Of a stretch of 64,000 nt of DNA, positions 35,411-52,056 are shown piece after piece; position 1 is the stretch's first letter, and the number at the start of each line of letters is the position of its first letter. Under the pieces are notes generated by a model that searched no databases, had not been told where the DNA came from, and saw nothing but the letters and a program-made list of their open reading frames with translations. The position numbers were made by a program, and so were the translations under genes. The stretch is from NCBI RefSeq assembly GCF_009914755.1, contig NC_060926.1, one strand, 5' to 3'. The stretch comes from the human T2T-CHM13v2.0 reference genome, Homo sapiens.

Positions 35411-35529
35411 TTACGTTGTATAATTTTTCTAATAATTTCTTGGGGGTGTGGAAATTTCATGTTATTGTACAAGAGTGCATTTTGTAGCAAAAAAGATTAA
35501 AAATACACAGGGCTATTTGGTGGCCCAAA

Positions 35530-37160
35530 TAGTTTTGTCTATTCAAGAATGTTACATAAATGGAGTCATACATTTATAACCTTTTTTTTTTTTCTTTTTG
35601 AGACAGAGTCTCACTCTGTCACCCAGGCTGGAGTGCAGGGGCACAATCTTGGCTCACTGCCACCTATGCCTCCCGGGTTCTAGCAATTCTCCTGCCTTAG
35701 CCTCCTGAGTAGCTGGGACTACAGGCGCCTGCCACCACGCCTGGCTAATTTTTTTTGTATTTGTACTAGAGACGGGGTTTCACCATGTTGGTCAGGCTGG
35801 TCTCAAACTTCTGACCTTAAATGATCCACCCGCTTTGGCCTCCCAAAATGCTGGGATTACAGGTGTGAGCCACTGCACCCGGCCATTTTATAACCTTTTG
35901 AGACTGGCTTCCTTCACTCAGCATTATGTCTTTGAGATCCAACCAAGCTGTGTATATCAATAGTTCATTCCTTCTTTATTGCTGTGTAGTATTCCATTGT
36001 ATGCTTCTACCACAGTTTATCTTTTCACCTGTTTAGGGACATATGGGTTGTTTCTAGGTTTTAGCAATCATGAATGAGACTGCTATAAAATTCATGTACA
36101 GATTTGTGGATGAAGTCTTCATTTTTCTAAAGTAAATGCCCAAGAGTAGGATGCTGGGTCATATGGTAAGTGCATATTTAACCTTATAAGAACTGTTTTC
36201 CAGAGAGGCCATTCCATTTTACATTCTCACCAGCAGTGTGTGAGAAATGCAGTGCTCCCCATTCTTATTAGGACTTAATATTGTTGCTGGCTTTTCTGGT
36301 TTTTCCTTATAGCTGTCCTGATTGATGTAGAGTGATATCTCATCATGGTTTTTATTTGCATTTCCCGAATGACTAATGATGTTGAGCATCTTGCCATGTG
36401 CTTATTTGCCATCCTTACATCCGCTTTGATGAGTGTCTGTTGTTCAAGTATTTTGTTTATTTTTTAATTGAGTTGTTGATTTTCTCGTCATATTTTGAGA
36501 GTTCTTTATATGTTCTAAATATAGTTCTTTTGTTGGATATGTGGTTTCCAGAGACTGTTTTCCAAGTTTGTAGCTTGTCATTGCATTCTCTTAACACGGG
36601 CAAAAATATTTTAATTTTGATAAAGCCCAATTTATCAGTTTTTTTTTAATGAGTCATGCTTTTGCTCTCATGTCTAAGAACTCTTTGCCTAACCCCTAGT
36701 AAAAAGATTTTCTCCTATTTCTTTTCTAAAGATTATGTTCTTTTACATTTTACATTTAAGTATATGACCAATTCTGAGTTATTTTTTGTATAGGGTTTGA
36801 GATTTAGTTTAAGGTTTGCTTTTTTTGCGTATAGATGACCAATAGCAAAAGACTATCTTAATCCATGAAAAGACTGTCCTTAATCCATTGAGTTGCTCTT
36901 GTACCTTTGTCTAAAAGCAGTTGGTTGTACATTTCTGAGTCCTCTGTTCTGTTTCATTAAACTCTGTGCCCATCCTTTGCCCCTATCACATTGTCTTGAT
37001 TACTGAAGCTTGTTATAAATCTTAAAATCACCCAGTGTGATTCTTCCTACTTTGTTCTACTTTTTCAGAATTGTTTTAACTATTCTGGTTTCATTGCCCT
37101 TCCACTGAAACTTTAGAATCAGCTTATCTGTGTCTGGCAAAAGTTCTGCTGTAATCTTAT
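35530..37160 (-). mobile_element. Old L1 ORF2/3' remnant with a nested Alu (35582-35884)
   Basis: L1-like text; minus ORF 37057..37260 has L1 ORF2-like DKLILKFQWKGNETRIVKTILKK; Alu TSD tttataacctttt. Confidence 0.8.
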
Positions 37161-37751
37161 ATCCTTTTGAACAAAATAACAAGTAAGGGAAACAAGTACA
37201 CAACATTTTACTGACTGATGAATAGTTTCCATTTGCAAAAAAATACAAGTGTATTTTCAATGATGGAAAATAACTTTCAAGTATTAAAAAGATAAAAAGG
37301 AATGTAGTTTCCTATTTTGTTGCTTAGTAGCCACAGATAAGGTGGAAGACACAAAGTGCATAGACAAACAGAAAAATCAAGCTTTTATTCAGATCTTTTC
37401 TTTGCTGCCTGGAATAAATAGCTCCTGCTCCTGCTAGAGCAGCCCAAGACTATTATCAGTGCATTTGATACTGCGATGGCCCAATATCAATGTATTTAAA
37501 CATGCTTCTCCAGGAGGGCTAGGGTGCTGGACCCATAGTGCCACTCTGCCCAGGGCAGACATTGTCTCTGGAGCTGTGCAGGGCAGACAGGTAGATGATG
37601 AGACATGACCCCCAGTTCTCATGGAGATCGATAGTACAAAGGGAGATAGGCTGTAATAACATATGCATCACACAGTGATGTGAGCAGCCTGCTAGAGCTT
37701 CAGGGAAGAAATGAGTTCTGACTGGAGAAATGTTTAAAATATTCTACACTG

Positions 37752-38668
<917 letters not shown>

Positions 38669-39961
38669 TCAGAATGAGCAAAGACCAAATGATCTGGGAG
38701 CATACCTATGTTTTAAGAAAAGCAGATTGTCTCACATGGCAACAGCAAAGCAATGGAAGGATAGGAGGAGGGGTGATAAAACAGGAAAGAGAAGTTGGGG
38801 TCAATGTTTAGGTTCTACAACAAGTAGAATGACTTCACCAGCATGTAATACAAAACCCAACTCAAAATGACTTTCAACGGAGATACAGGATCTCATGCAA
38901 TAAAGCCCAGAAGTAGCACAGTTCCAGAGTTGGCTAGGTGGGTGCTTGAGGAATTAATTGAGAAATTAAAGGGCTACAATTGCATTTGTAGCCCAAGCTA
39001 TTAAAACAGCTCCTACACAAGAAGAAGGAGGAGGAGAAGAAAGAATTTTCTTAATTTCATTTTCAGATTATTCATCACTAGTATATAAAAATACAGTTGA
39101 TTTTTGTATGTCCATCTTGTATCCTACAACCTTGCTGAACTCATTTATTAATTCTGCTATACAATTATTTTTTAAGTGACTTTTGGTCACAGTCTCCAGG
39201 AATAACAGAAGTGTTCTAGGAAAAAACAGCACAAATGAATAGTACCTGATACTCATTACATCTTCATGAATGACAGCAAGATGCAATATTTCTTATGACC
39301 CAAATCCTTTCCTGGAAATCAGTATCTAGAAAACCAAATACCCAAATAATACAGAATAGAGGCATAAAACTTCCATACTTAAAGATTAAGACATTTCATT
39401 TATTTATACAGTATGTAATTGACATGTGTCTTGGAGTATAAAATCATTGAAAATGCAATGTCTTTCCAAAATGAGTACCATTTTGGAAAACTCATGTTTG
39501 GAAAGGAAGCCATGGCAAATTCAGTGCCTTGGGGAGGGTACATAATGGATGGACCCATTCATGACTGCCAGGGACTTGTGCAAATCCTTTTCTGCAGGGC
39601 CATGATTGCACTAAAACACTTAATTACTACATGGAAGTTTTATCAGCAGTCATCCTCATAACTGATTCCAACAGTGGCTGGTTTTCTAACACAGCAATCT
39701 AGTTTGATTTTTATAAGCTAGAGAAAACACTAGACTGTTGAAACTTATAGGCAGGGCCTACGGGAGCAAAATGAAAATTCCTGAATATGTACTTGTGGTG
39801 CTTTGGTCCTGTGATAATTGGTGAAGACTCTCCTAATTTCTGTTTAGAAGAAACGAGTATCTTTCAAAACATTTCGTAGTAAAATGGTAGCAGATAGGGG
39901 TGCCTAATTGGAAACAGCTCATCCTAAGTGGACTTTTCCCCTCCGAAACATTAGACCCCTG

Positions 39962-39981
39962 ACACACACACACACACACAC
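39962..39981. repeat. (CA)n microsatellite
   Basis: About 10 units. Confidence 0.9.
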
Positions 39982-40358
39982 CTCGCCGCTGCTGAAGCCA
40001 GACCACCTGTCCCTTTCCCTCCTCTGTGCAATGCGTGTGCTCTGTCCCACTCTGAAGGATACACGGAAGGATCACGTTTGACCTCATACCTTCTAAAAAG
40101 AAACAATGTCATTCACTGTAAATACTTTTAAAGATGGGGAAAAGAGAATATGATGTTTGCCAAGAAGTTTAAGGTTTTTCTCATTCCTTTTTAAAAACCT
40201 TATTTGTGATATTAGTGATATGGAAATAAAAGATTTGTTTCCTTATTTCATCACTACACTGTAATAAATTAAAGCATCCTTTCCCCCCCCGGCAGAAACT
40301 GCTTGCAAGTTTTCCTTTTTAAAAGATAGTCTTTCTTCTTGTTTCCTCTATCATCTAG

Positions 40359-40469
<111 letters not shown>

Positions 40470-41296
40470 TAAGAGTCCTCGGCTATCCTGGAAGGGTTTG
40501 GACCTCATGGTGTTTGGTCTTTGCAGGGTTAGTGAGAGGACCTGTTCCTGTTTAGATAGGCAAGGAAGCTGCAGTCAGCGGGGGATGGTGTGGCTTGCTC
40601 CGAAGATGGAAATATGGCTGGGTGTTTGGGAGTTTTCACTGCCTCTGTATCTGAGAGTCTGGTTGGCTTCCAAAGCTTTCCCTTATGACTCCAGTTTTAC
40701 CTTCACTCTCTCACTCGGTAGGAATGCAAGGTGTGACCCTTGTGATCCTTCCCCAGCCATCAGCTAGCTTTGGACCTAGAGTTATGTGTACGTCAGCTCC
40801 TCTTAAAGACAGCAGTGAAAATCATAAAGGCTTTTCCCTAAGTTTTCACAACACTTCCTTAGGAAGAAGTTTTGTACTTTGAATACATGGAAGCTGTCCT
40901 TTCACAGCAGACAATGGCTTCATTATACAAGAAATGTGGACTTAGGTTCTCCCTATTTCTTCAACCTGCTTCAGCAGAGCCATTGTCTGCTGTAAATCTT
41001 CAAAAACAATAACTATGTCTTGATTTTAAGTTTTTTATTGCAAGAAGAGGGAGTGGTCCTTCAATGTATTTTGTCATTTGTTTTTCTTGGTCAGAGATGT
41101 GACAATGGGGCCTGCCCCCTCCCGCCTCCCAGCCGACCCTGCCCCTAGGGCTCCTACCTCTTTCACCTCATTTTTGAAAACACTAAAGGGGTTTTGGTTT
41201 TGTTATTGTTATTATTTAAATAATTTTTCGACCATGGAGGGAGAATCATGAAAACTCTTTTTCCCTTACTGTTTCCTTCATGTTTTCCCAGCAGGT

Positions 41297-41403
41297 AGGG
41301 TGACCAGCTTTGCAGTTTACCCTGGCCTGAGGGGTTTCTCAGGACAAGGGATTTTGAGTGTAAAAAGGCAGTGTCAAGCAAACAGGGACAAGTTAGTCAC
41401 CTT
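41297..41403. mobile_element. MER94/MER81-like hAT MITE
   Basis: Short element with imperfect TIRs agggtgaccagct...agttagtcacctt. Confidence 0.55.
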
Positions 41404-41857
41404 CCCCAGACTACTTTATATCTATTTCTTCTCCTTCTCTTCCTTTTATTCTTTCTTCTCCTCTTCCTTCTTCTTGTGTAGGAGCTGTTTTAGTAGCTTG
41501 GGCTACAAATGCAGTTGTAGCCCTTTAATTTCTCATTTAATTCCTCAAGCACCCACCTGGCCATCTTAGCAAGAAGCCCAGCATCTTGCTCTTACTGCAG
41601 GTAATTCCCCATCTTCCCCAAACTCTCAGGGGGCTTACTTAGTCCTCAGGGCCAGTGCTGCTTCCAGACCTCTGGGAGGAAGGCTGCTGGGGTCCTGGAT
41701 CAGTCCACCAGAGGGCTCTGGTTTTGAGCTGCTGCTCTTTCTGCTCCTGCTATGCTGCGTCTCCATGTTCTCCAGCTGTTTCTATCCACTGTGCACAGGT
41801 GCCCTTGCTAGTCCACATCCCACACAGATCAGAGCGATGCAAGACTGCATCACTTGA

Positions 41858-42169
<312 letters not shown>

Positions 42170-42353
42170 TCACTTGCTCTTGCTCTTGCTCTGCTGTTGG
42201 TCCTCACTTGCTCTGCCATTGGTCCCAATGCAGCATGCTCACAGGCTGGTGGTGTCTCTGTGTTCTTTTGGTCAATTATCATAAGTGTTTTCACCTGTGT
42301 CTGATACAGACCAGTAATTTAAGGCATTGCCTCTGACGCTGCTGAAGACGTAA

Positions 42354-42542
<189 letters not shown>

Positions 42543-43128
42543 TGATTCAGGGGTCCCACAGCACAAAGAGGAGGGCATATTGAAAGAAATGACCTCAGCT
42601 GGTATGGCAAGACATTTTACTCTTTGATAAACTGAGGGTTGGCAGCTTGCTCAGATCTCTTTTATATCTTACCATCAGATACTTTAATTCAAGTGGAACA
42701 GTAGATTCTGATGAAGTGTCCTGACATTCAGAAGATGTGTGCTTTGCAAAAGCCCTTAATTTCTTCCCATTTTTCCTTGCCGTCAAAGGATGACTCATTG
42801 CCCACAACTAGGATATTTCATAGTCACATTAAATTGAATGAGTTCATCCACTGGCTCTTGGAACCTAGATGCTATATGAAAGGTGCTGTGTAATTACGCC
42901 CTTGACCCGAGATAAGGAAAAAAAAGCACCTCACAGCAACAGTGGAGGAGAGCACTAAGCAGATGTGTGACGAGGCTGTTTCTGCCTTTGCCAGATTTCC
43001 CAGAACAGCTTTTGTAGAAGTGGGGAACTGTGACACTCCAACCCCACGTTATTGCCGCGTTGGGAGAGCAGTGCGTCTCACACATAATTGCCAGCTTTGT
43101 GCGTGATCATCAGTGTTTAAGGAAATGA

Positions 43129-43341
<213 letters not shown>

Positions 43342-43928
43342 TGAGTGGGCTTCTCTGTCTCCCTTCCATACTCTGCATGGGGCAGCCACCTGGCTCTGCA
43401 CTGACCTCGGAAACACAGCCATGGGAGGGGAAAGGGACTGCTGTTAGCCAGGTGGGCATGTGCAGAGGGGTGGAACCCACAGACACCCCAGCCCAGGAGC
43501 CATTCCTGATGTGGGAGATAGTGTGTGGTATCTCCAGTGAGCCCACTGAGGCTCACTCATCCAAAGGGCCTCAGTCTCGAACGACAGGCACGGTCAAGAC
43601 AAGGCAATGGCACCTGTCCTAAAATTCCTTACACACCTCTAGGAAATATATCCACAGATAATAGCTTCGCCTTGTAGTGCATGAGGTCCTTGAATGATTC
43701 CTCACCCTCTTTTGGTCCAGTTATCTTTCTCCTTCTATGTAGCATTTCAAACACTCCACTCACAGTAGTAGCCTTCATCAGGAAACTCAGAAATCTAAAC
43801 CAATGACTTTGGGGTCAGGCTGCTCATCAGAATCGCTTGGGAGATAGTGTAACAATACGATTCCTCGGCCCTGTTCCCGGAAATTATGATGCTTTCGGTA
43901 CAAAGTGGGCCCAGAAATGTGTGTTTTA

Positions 43929-44434
<506 letters not shown>

Positions 44435-45591
44435 CTACCAGCTGTGACACACACACAGCACACATCCCATCCTGACAGGGCCCCCGTCTTCAAGGCCAGG
44501 CAGTATGGGGAAGAGACCCAGGCCTCGGAGTCAATAGGCCACGCTCTGCTTCCTAACTGGCCCTGTGAGTGGCTATGGCAATTAATCTCCCCCAAGCACT
44601 TTGCTGACCTTATTAAAATAATTTCTTGTGGCATTGCTGGTAGCTTGGTGATGGTGATTTGAACCTTCCTAATGGGGAGTCTCCTCCCTGTATAATAAGG
44701 GCCATGGGCTTGGAGAGGGGCATTCTCACCATATTTAGCAAGAACATTTCAGGACTGTGGGCCTGCGCTGGCTCTGTCATGGAGTGCCATGCCTGGGCTG
44801 GGACAGGTGAGTGTGGACAGCACCCTCCCTACACACACACACACAGACACACACACACACGCCCTGCTGCCTCACATGGGAGAGAGAGCCTGGGTCCCTT
44901 TGCCCACAGGCTTTCCGGGTCCCTTCTAAGCCAAAAAGAAGGACACTGTTTTAATCAGAGCTTCGTCCCGTTGGTAGTGGTTGTTTTTTATTGTGGTGGT
45001 AGATGTATAACATTAAGAAGAGAAACAAGCACTGTAAAACCTTTAAAACATCCTGAAATGCTAATAAAATTAGTTCTAGGGTTTCATGGTAGTTTTTAAA
45101 AGTGCCATGTTTATGAAGTGCCTGCTTCTGAAAATAAGGAAGCATTTCAGTCAAACAATGTTGACTATGGAAAGAGTTTTGTTGCAGTTTCTTTCTGAGC
45201 TTTCCTTGCCCACCAAAATAAGTTGATATTTGCGGTGATTATGTTGGGTCTTAGCAGGGTCTAAGCTGTGTCACGTTGTGGTTTTTAGAGCCAAAACAAG
45301 TGAATGCTGAGTCGGTTTTCTGTGAGACATTTTAGGGGACAAAGCAGCAGAGTCAGCACACGCCGTGTGGCTGGGGAAGTCAGGCAGAGAGGGGCGAACC
45401 TGCCACCCCCGCCTCCTGTGGGCTCTGTGCCCTGGGTGTGCCAAGGGGGCTATGGCTGTGCTGTGGCCTCGGGGCCCCTGTGAGCCAGGCTTCCTTCCAT
45501 CTCCTCTCGAATCTAGATGCTGGGTAACAACAGCATCCCCCAAAGAGGCCTCTGTTCCATTTCTGAGACATTTCCTTTGTAAAATGAACTC

Positions 45592-45910
45592 AGGCTGAGT
45601 GCAGTGGCTCATGCCTGTAATCCTAGCACTTTGGGAGGCCAAGACAGGAGGATTGCTTGAGGCCAGGAGTTTGAAATCAGCCTGGGCAACACAGTGAGAC
45701 CCCATCTCTACAAAAAATAAACAAAATTAGCTGGGTGTTGTAGGGCATGCCTGTAGTCCCAGCTGCTCAAGAGGCTGAGGTGGGAGGATCACTTGAGTTT
45801 AGGAGGTCGAGGTTGCAGTGAGCTATGATTGTGCCACCAGACTCCAGCCTGGGAAACAGAGCAAGATCCTGTCTCAAAAAAAGAAACAACAACAACAAAA
45901 ACCCAAAAAA
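45592..45910 (+). mobile_element. AluJ-type SINE
   Basis: Alu consensus. Confidence 0.9.
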
Positions 45911-47954
45911 CAAATCTAAAGTGTTTCACATGATGGCTGAAATAGTAAACGTGAGGGAAAGGTCAGTGACTCTTCTTCATAGTGAAGGAGGTCGAGGTCA
46001 CGGATGAGAGCAGGTGCCCTGTGTTAGATGGACTGGCACTGCCGCCGACTGTTGGCGTGACTTCAGTCAGTTCCTCTCCTCTCCAGGCCTCAGCTGCCCT
46101 GTCTGTGAGTGTGACTGCATCTCTTCCTTCGTGGGGCTGCAGTGAGGAGTGATCGGTTAGGGCCCATCAACCCACACACAGCTGGCACTTGCTGGTCATG
46201 TTCTACCTGCATCAGCCACCTTGAAGCTGCAGTTGCGTGGACTCAGGGGCTCCTCTCCGGGACTCACCTGATGCCCATCCCAGCACCACCCTCGCGCTTC
46301 ACACACCTGACCAGCCTAGCATTGCCCTCACACTATTATTTACCCTGGCACCCAGGACCTGGTGTGTTGGCTGGCACAGAGCTGGCCCTGCCTCTTGCCT
46401 GCTTCTTGTCTGCCCCAAGAACCCCAGCTTATATCCACCTTCCCCATCTCAGAAACCCTCCTCTACCCATTGATGTATCCCTCCCTCCACTGCCACCTGA
46501 AGCATCTGAGATCTGGAGAAGGGACAAGGTGGGAGTCACAGTGGGCTGAGTGGCAGAGCTGGGTAGATACTGGCTAGCACAGTGGAAGCACAGCTGATAG
46601 GAGATGGGCATCATTTCCCTGTGCAGACTTGCAGCCTGCACTCAGCCATCCTCAGAGCCAGGAGCAAAGCAGGTGCTTGAAAAATATGAGTAAAGTCATA
46701 CATTTACAAATTTTGTAAATTCATATGATTGCATTTAATTGTGATAAAATATACATAACATAAAATGTACTCTTAACCAGTGCGTACAGCTCAGTGGCGT
46801 GAAGTACATTCACACTGTTGTATAACCATCACCACCATCTATCTCCAAAACTCTTCTTATCTTGTAAATCTGAAAGTCTCTACCCATTAAACTAATCCCA
46901 TTCTCTCCTCAATACAGCCCATGGCAACCTATATGATCACATCTTTTATAAAATCTCAGCAGAAAAATAAAAATGACCATTTACAAAAGCAATTACCAAA
47001 CTTATTTTTCTTTCCATCCATAAAATTTTATAAAGTCTAAATCACTAAATATCACAGCCCTCCTATTACTTACCAGATGGGGGCTTCTTGTTAATCTTCT
47101 TGTTCTACTACGATGAAATTGCCCATTTGTGGGAGTAGGTTAGACAGTATACATGTTCACCATGTCTTTAAAAGTCATATTTATATTTTTATACATTTGA
47201 TAAGGTATTGAATATTAAAGGAAAAGAAGTTTCAAAGTGATATTGATACTATTCTACTTGGAAATAAAGATAAATTATTTAAATACTTTCTCCTAAGACA
47301 TGAAATAAATGAAAGTAAGTTAAATACCACAGCCTCTTGATGAAATAATGAAAAGGAGATTATGTCCCTAAGAACAGAATGTCTCAAAGCTCATCTTAGA
47401 TGGCAAACAATCAAGGCTGTTTGGAAAACAGAGTCATGCAAATTGACTTACGCCTGAAAACCTCAAAAATAAAAACAGAAACCGTCTGTCAAGTCTAAGT
47501 GACCATCTAAAGAAGGTAAGACAGGGAAACAAAACAGAACCCCTAAGCCTGAGATGAGAACAAGGATTGTGAGACAGGGAAATGCGCCGTGCCGTTGTCT
47601 AGGCCTACATTCAGGATCAAGCTCTTTACATGCATGGCACTTTGCCAGCCTCCAGCTTCCGGATGCGTGTGCAAGTGTTGATAAAGGCTGGAAAGTGGAC
47701 AGATGAAAAGATATTATTATACATCTACGTGAATGAGATCTGCATGTTGTGTGTGAAGTAACATGTTAGTAGAATTAGCCAAAAGTTCTATAGGCTGTAA
47801 CTAAATGTCAATATGGAAATTGCATATTTCTGTTCGTAAGATGCTAGTAATTTATTGCATGGGTCAGATGATTTAAATTTGGGTCATTTTTTTGTCCAAT
47901 GACGTATGAATTATCAGTTTCTCAAAACAGAAAAGCATCAAAATGAAATGATGC

Positions 47955-48086
47955 CTAGGCATGCTGGTGTGTACCTGTAATTCCAGCTACTCTGGAGGCT
48001 GAGGCAGAAGATCACTTGAGCCCAGGAGTTCAGGGGTTCTCCACCAGCCTGGGCAAAATAGCAAGACTTCGTCTTATTAAAAAAAT
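47955..48086 (+). mobile_element. Alu monomer (FAM/FRAM-like)
   Basis: cctgtaattccagctactctggaggctgaggcag...ccagcctgggcaa followed by an A tail. Confidence 0.75.
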
Positions 48087-48109
48087 AAATACATCTATTT
48101 TTAAAATTT

Positions 48110-48141
<32 letters not shown>

Positions 48142-48325
48142 TTTTTATATATATACACATTTTCAGGCCAGGCATATTAATTGGCATGCATATATATATA
48201 TGCCATATATGTGTATATATATGCCATATATGTGTGTGTATATGTGTGTGTGTGTGTATATATATACACACACATATGGCATATATATACACACATGCCA
48301 ATTAATATGCCTGGCCCTGAAATGT
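48110..48325. repeat. Compound (TA)n/(CA)n/(TG)n repeat forming an inverted repeat
   Basis: Perfect 23-bp arms 48166-48188 and 48294-48316. Confidence 0.9.
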
Positions 48326-48804
48326 CAGGTCTATCAATTATAAGAAAAAAAACATTTTTAATGAAATGATGGTATAACTCACTCTTCATCTCAGCCTATT
48401 GATTCCTAATTGTCATCTGTCTTACTGTGCTCCATTAAATGTCCCTCCATTGGAATTCTTAACTATATTAGACACTGGGATGAAAAAACCACCCAGAAGA
48501 GAGTTGCCCTCTATAAAACAAAGTGGAAGGAGTTGTGAGGAGCACTTGGACGCAGGAGTTGTCCAATCTGAATCTGAATCCCTGGCTACCCACATGGCCA
48601 TGGCATGTTCTGTAATGTCCCTGAGCCCACTGTCATCTTCATTACAAAGTGACAATGACAGGGCTGTTGAGAAGACTAGATGGAGTGTTACGCAGCACAC
48701 AACTACCCCCTGCCCTCACCCCTGCTCCTGATCTTCTTAGCCCTAGCCCCAGGGCCCCAACTAACTCAGCTGTCCTGGTAACAACTCAGTTTGATGGCAT
48801 AGGA

Positions 48805-49015
48805 CAGAGGTCAGCAAACTTTTCCTATAAAGTGCCAAATAGCAAATATTTTTGGCTTTGCAGGCCTTTTAGCACCTGCTCAACTCTGCCATTGTGACAT
48901 AAGAAGTCATAGATAACGTGTAAACAAATAAGGATAGCTGTGTTCCAATAAAACTTTATTTACAAAGTAGACAGTGGGCTGGATTTGGCTCATGGGCCAT
49001 AGTTTGCCCGCCGCC
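48805..49015. mobile_element. MER58A-like hAT-Charlie MITE
   Basis: cagaggtcagcaaacttttcc...gggccatagtttgcc. Confidence 0.8.
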
Positions 49016-49213
49016 ATATAAAGAAAGAGACCTAAATACTCCTTATCTGCAAAGTTAGATATAACTGCCACATATGTGCTCTTCCTAGAAACAGAATCAC
49101 TTTTTTGTCAAATACCATGGAACATTTACAAAAGTTGTATAAATATTAGGCCACCAAAAAAGTCTCAATAATTTTTATAAAAAGTAGAATGAATGCTGAT
49201 TAAAATGTGATAA

Positions 49214-49810
<597 letters not shown>

Positions 49811-50320
49811 GGAGAGGTGCGGGGAGACATTCCAAAAATCAAGCCAATTCTTCTGCTGTAGGAGAATCCAATTGTACCTGATGTTTTTGGTATTTGTCTT
49901 CCTTACCAAGTGAACTCCATGGCCCCAAAGCACCAGATGAATGTTGTTAAGTAAGCTGTCATTAAAAATACATAATATATATTTATTTAAAGAGAAAAAA
50001 TATGTGTATATCATGGAAAAAGACAAGGATATTTTAATAAAACATTACTTATTTCATTTCACTTATCTTGCATATCTTAAAATTAAGCTTCAGCTGCTCC
50101 TTGATATTAACATTTGTACAGAGTTGAAGTTGTTTTTTCAAGTTCTTTTCTTTTTCATGACTATTAAATGTAAAAATATTTGTAAAATGAAATGCCATAT
50201 TTGACTTGGCTTCTGGTCTTGATGTATTTGATAAGAATGATTCATTCAATGTTTAAAGTTGTATAACTGATTAATTTTCTGATATGGCTTCCTAATAAAA
50301 TATGAATAAGGAAGGATATG
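49811..50320 (+). other. MERTK: MERTK 3'UTR (end approximate), AU-rich
   Basis: Follows the stop codon; AATAAA at 50036 and 50294; ARE-like TTATTTAAA at 49983-49991. Confidence 0.75.
50294..50299 (+). terminator. Probable main polyadenylation signal AATAAA
   Basis: Canonical hexamer ~480 nt after the stop; other AATAAA at 50036 and 50481. Confidence 0.65.
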
Positions 50321-50884
50321 TTGAACTTACTTGAGACTTGAAAGACAGTGGTCGGCAGCGGCCTTGTGGCCTTTGCAAAGGAATTCCCTTAATGCCTGGT
50401 CCTTGGGGCAATTGCTCTGACCATTCTTGGCATTGCTTTATAGAGATATGGAAAAACCACACCAGGGTCTGTAGATAAGGAATAAAGAATATTGAAGGAT
50501 TGAAAAATACTGTGTGAATGGAAAGATTTAAAATCAGCTGAAGAAGAGAATCTGGCAGGTGAAGCACTTTTCTGTTTGGGAGGGGTAGCTCATGGGAGGT
50601 AGGCATGGGCAGTGGGGCAGGGCATAGCTGAGCTCACGTTCTGCCTCTGCCACTTCGTAATAGCTATCATTTGTAGAGTACTTGTTTCAGGAACTTTATG
50701 TGAACCATCTTATTTAATCTGTATGTCATTATAACATGGTACAAATGCCATCATCATGTATGAGCCAAGAAATCCAGGCTTAGAGAGACTGAGTAACCTG
50801 CTTGTAGCCCACATCTAAACAGTGGGGGAGCCAGAATTTAGAACATCTGATTCTGGCTAGTTCTATGCCTGTGATTTGGGGGTT

Positions 50885-51301
50885 GTATTAGTCCATTCTT
50901 GTATTGCTATAAAGAAATACTTGGGACTGTGTAATTTATAAAGTAGTTTAATTGGCTCACAATTCTGCAGGTTATATAGGAGGCACAGTGCTGGCATCTG
51001 CTCAGCTTCTGGGGAGGCCTCAGGAAGCTTGCCATCATGGCAGAAGGCAAAAGGGGAGCAGATGTCTCACATGCAGGAGCAGGAGCAAGAGGGAGAGGGG
51101 AGGTACTCCACACTTTTCAACGACCAGATCTCACAAGAACTCACTCGGTATCACGAGAACAGCACCAAGGGGCAGATACCAAATCATTCATGAGAAATCC
51201 ACCCCCATGATCCAATCACCTCCCTCCAGACCCCACCTTCAACGCTGGAGATTACAACTGAACAAGAAGTTTGGGTGGGGACACAGATCAAAACCATATT
51301 A
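50885..51301 (-). mobile_element. MST-type MaLR solo LTR
   Basis: tgtattagtccattcttgtattgctataaagaaatac...tttgggtggggacacagatcaaaaccata. Confidence 0.88.
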
Positions 51302-51762
51302 GAAATCTACTCCAGAGCTTCTCAACATTTTTACTTTATTTAATAAACATATATCTCTTACTCTGTGCCAGGCATGGCACTCATTTAATTTTCATAACGA
51401 CACTACCAGATAGGTACTACTATTATCTCCACTTCACAGATGGGCAGACTGAGGCAGGAAGAGCCTAACTTATGCTGCTAGTAAGGGCAGCAGAATTATG
51501 CAGTCAGTTGAATTGTTGATTTCCCAGCCTTCGGGGCAGCTGAGCAGGCCCAGAGCCACTGGCATCTTCAGGCCTGTTTACTCCCCACCAGTAAGCAGCC
51601 TCGCCTAGGCCTCTCCCACAGTCTTCAAGAATCAGAATCTACATGGGGTCCAACAGTGTGGCTCTCACCCAGGTTCTGGTCCCAGCTGCCCACCCAGGCA
51701 CCCAATCTCCAGGGTGAGCCGGCTCCTCTGTTACTGTGAAATGCTCCATATGAAAAAGTTCT

Positions 51763-52056
<294 letters not shown>

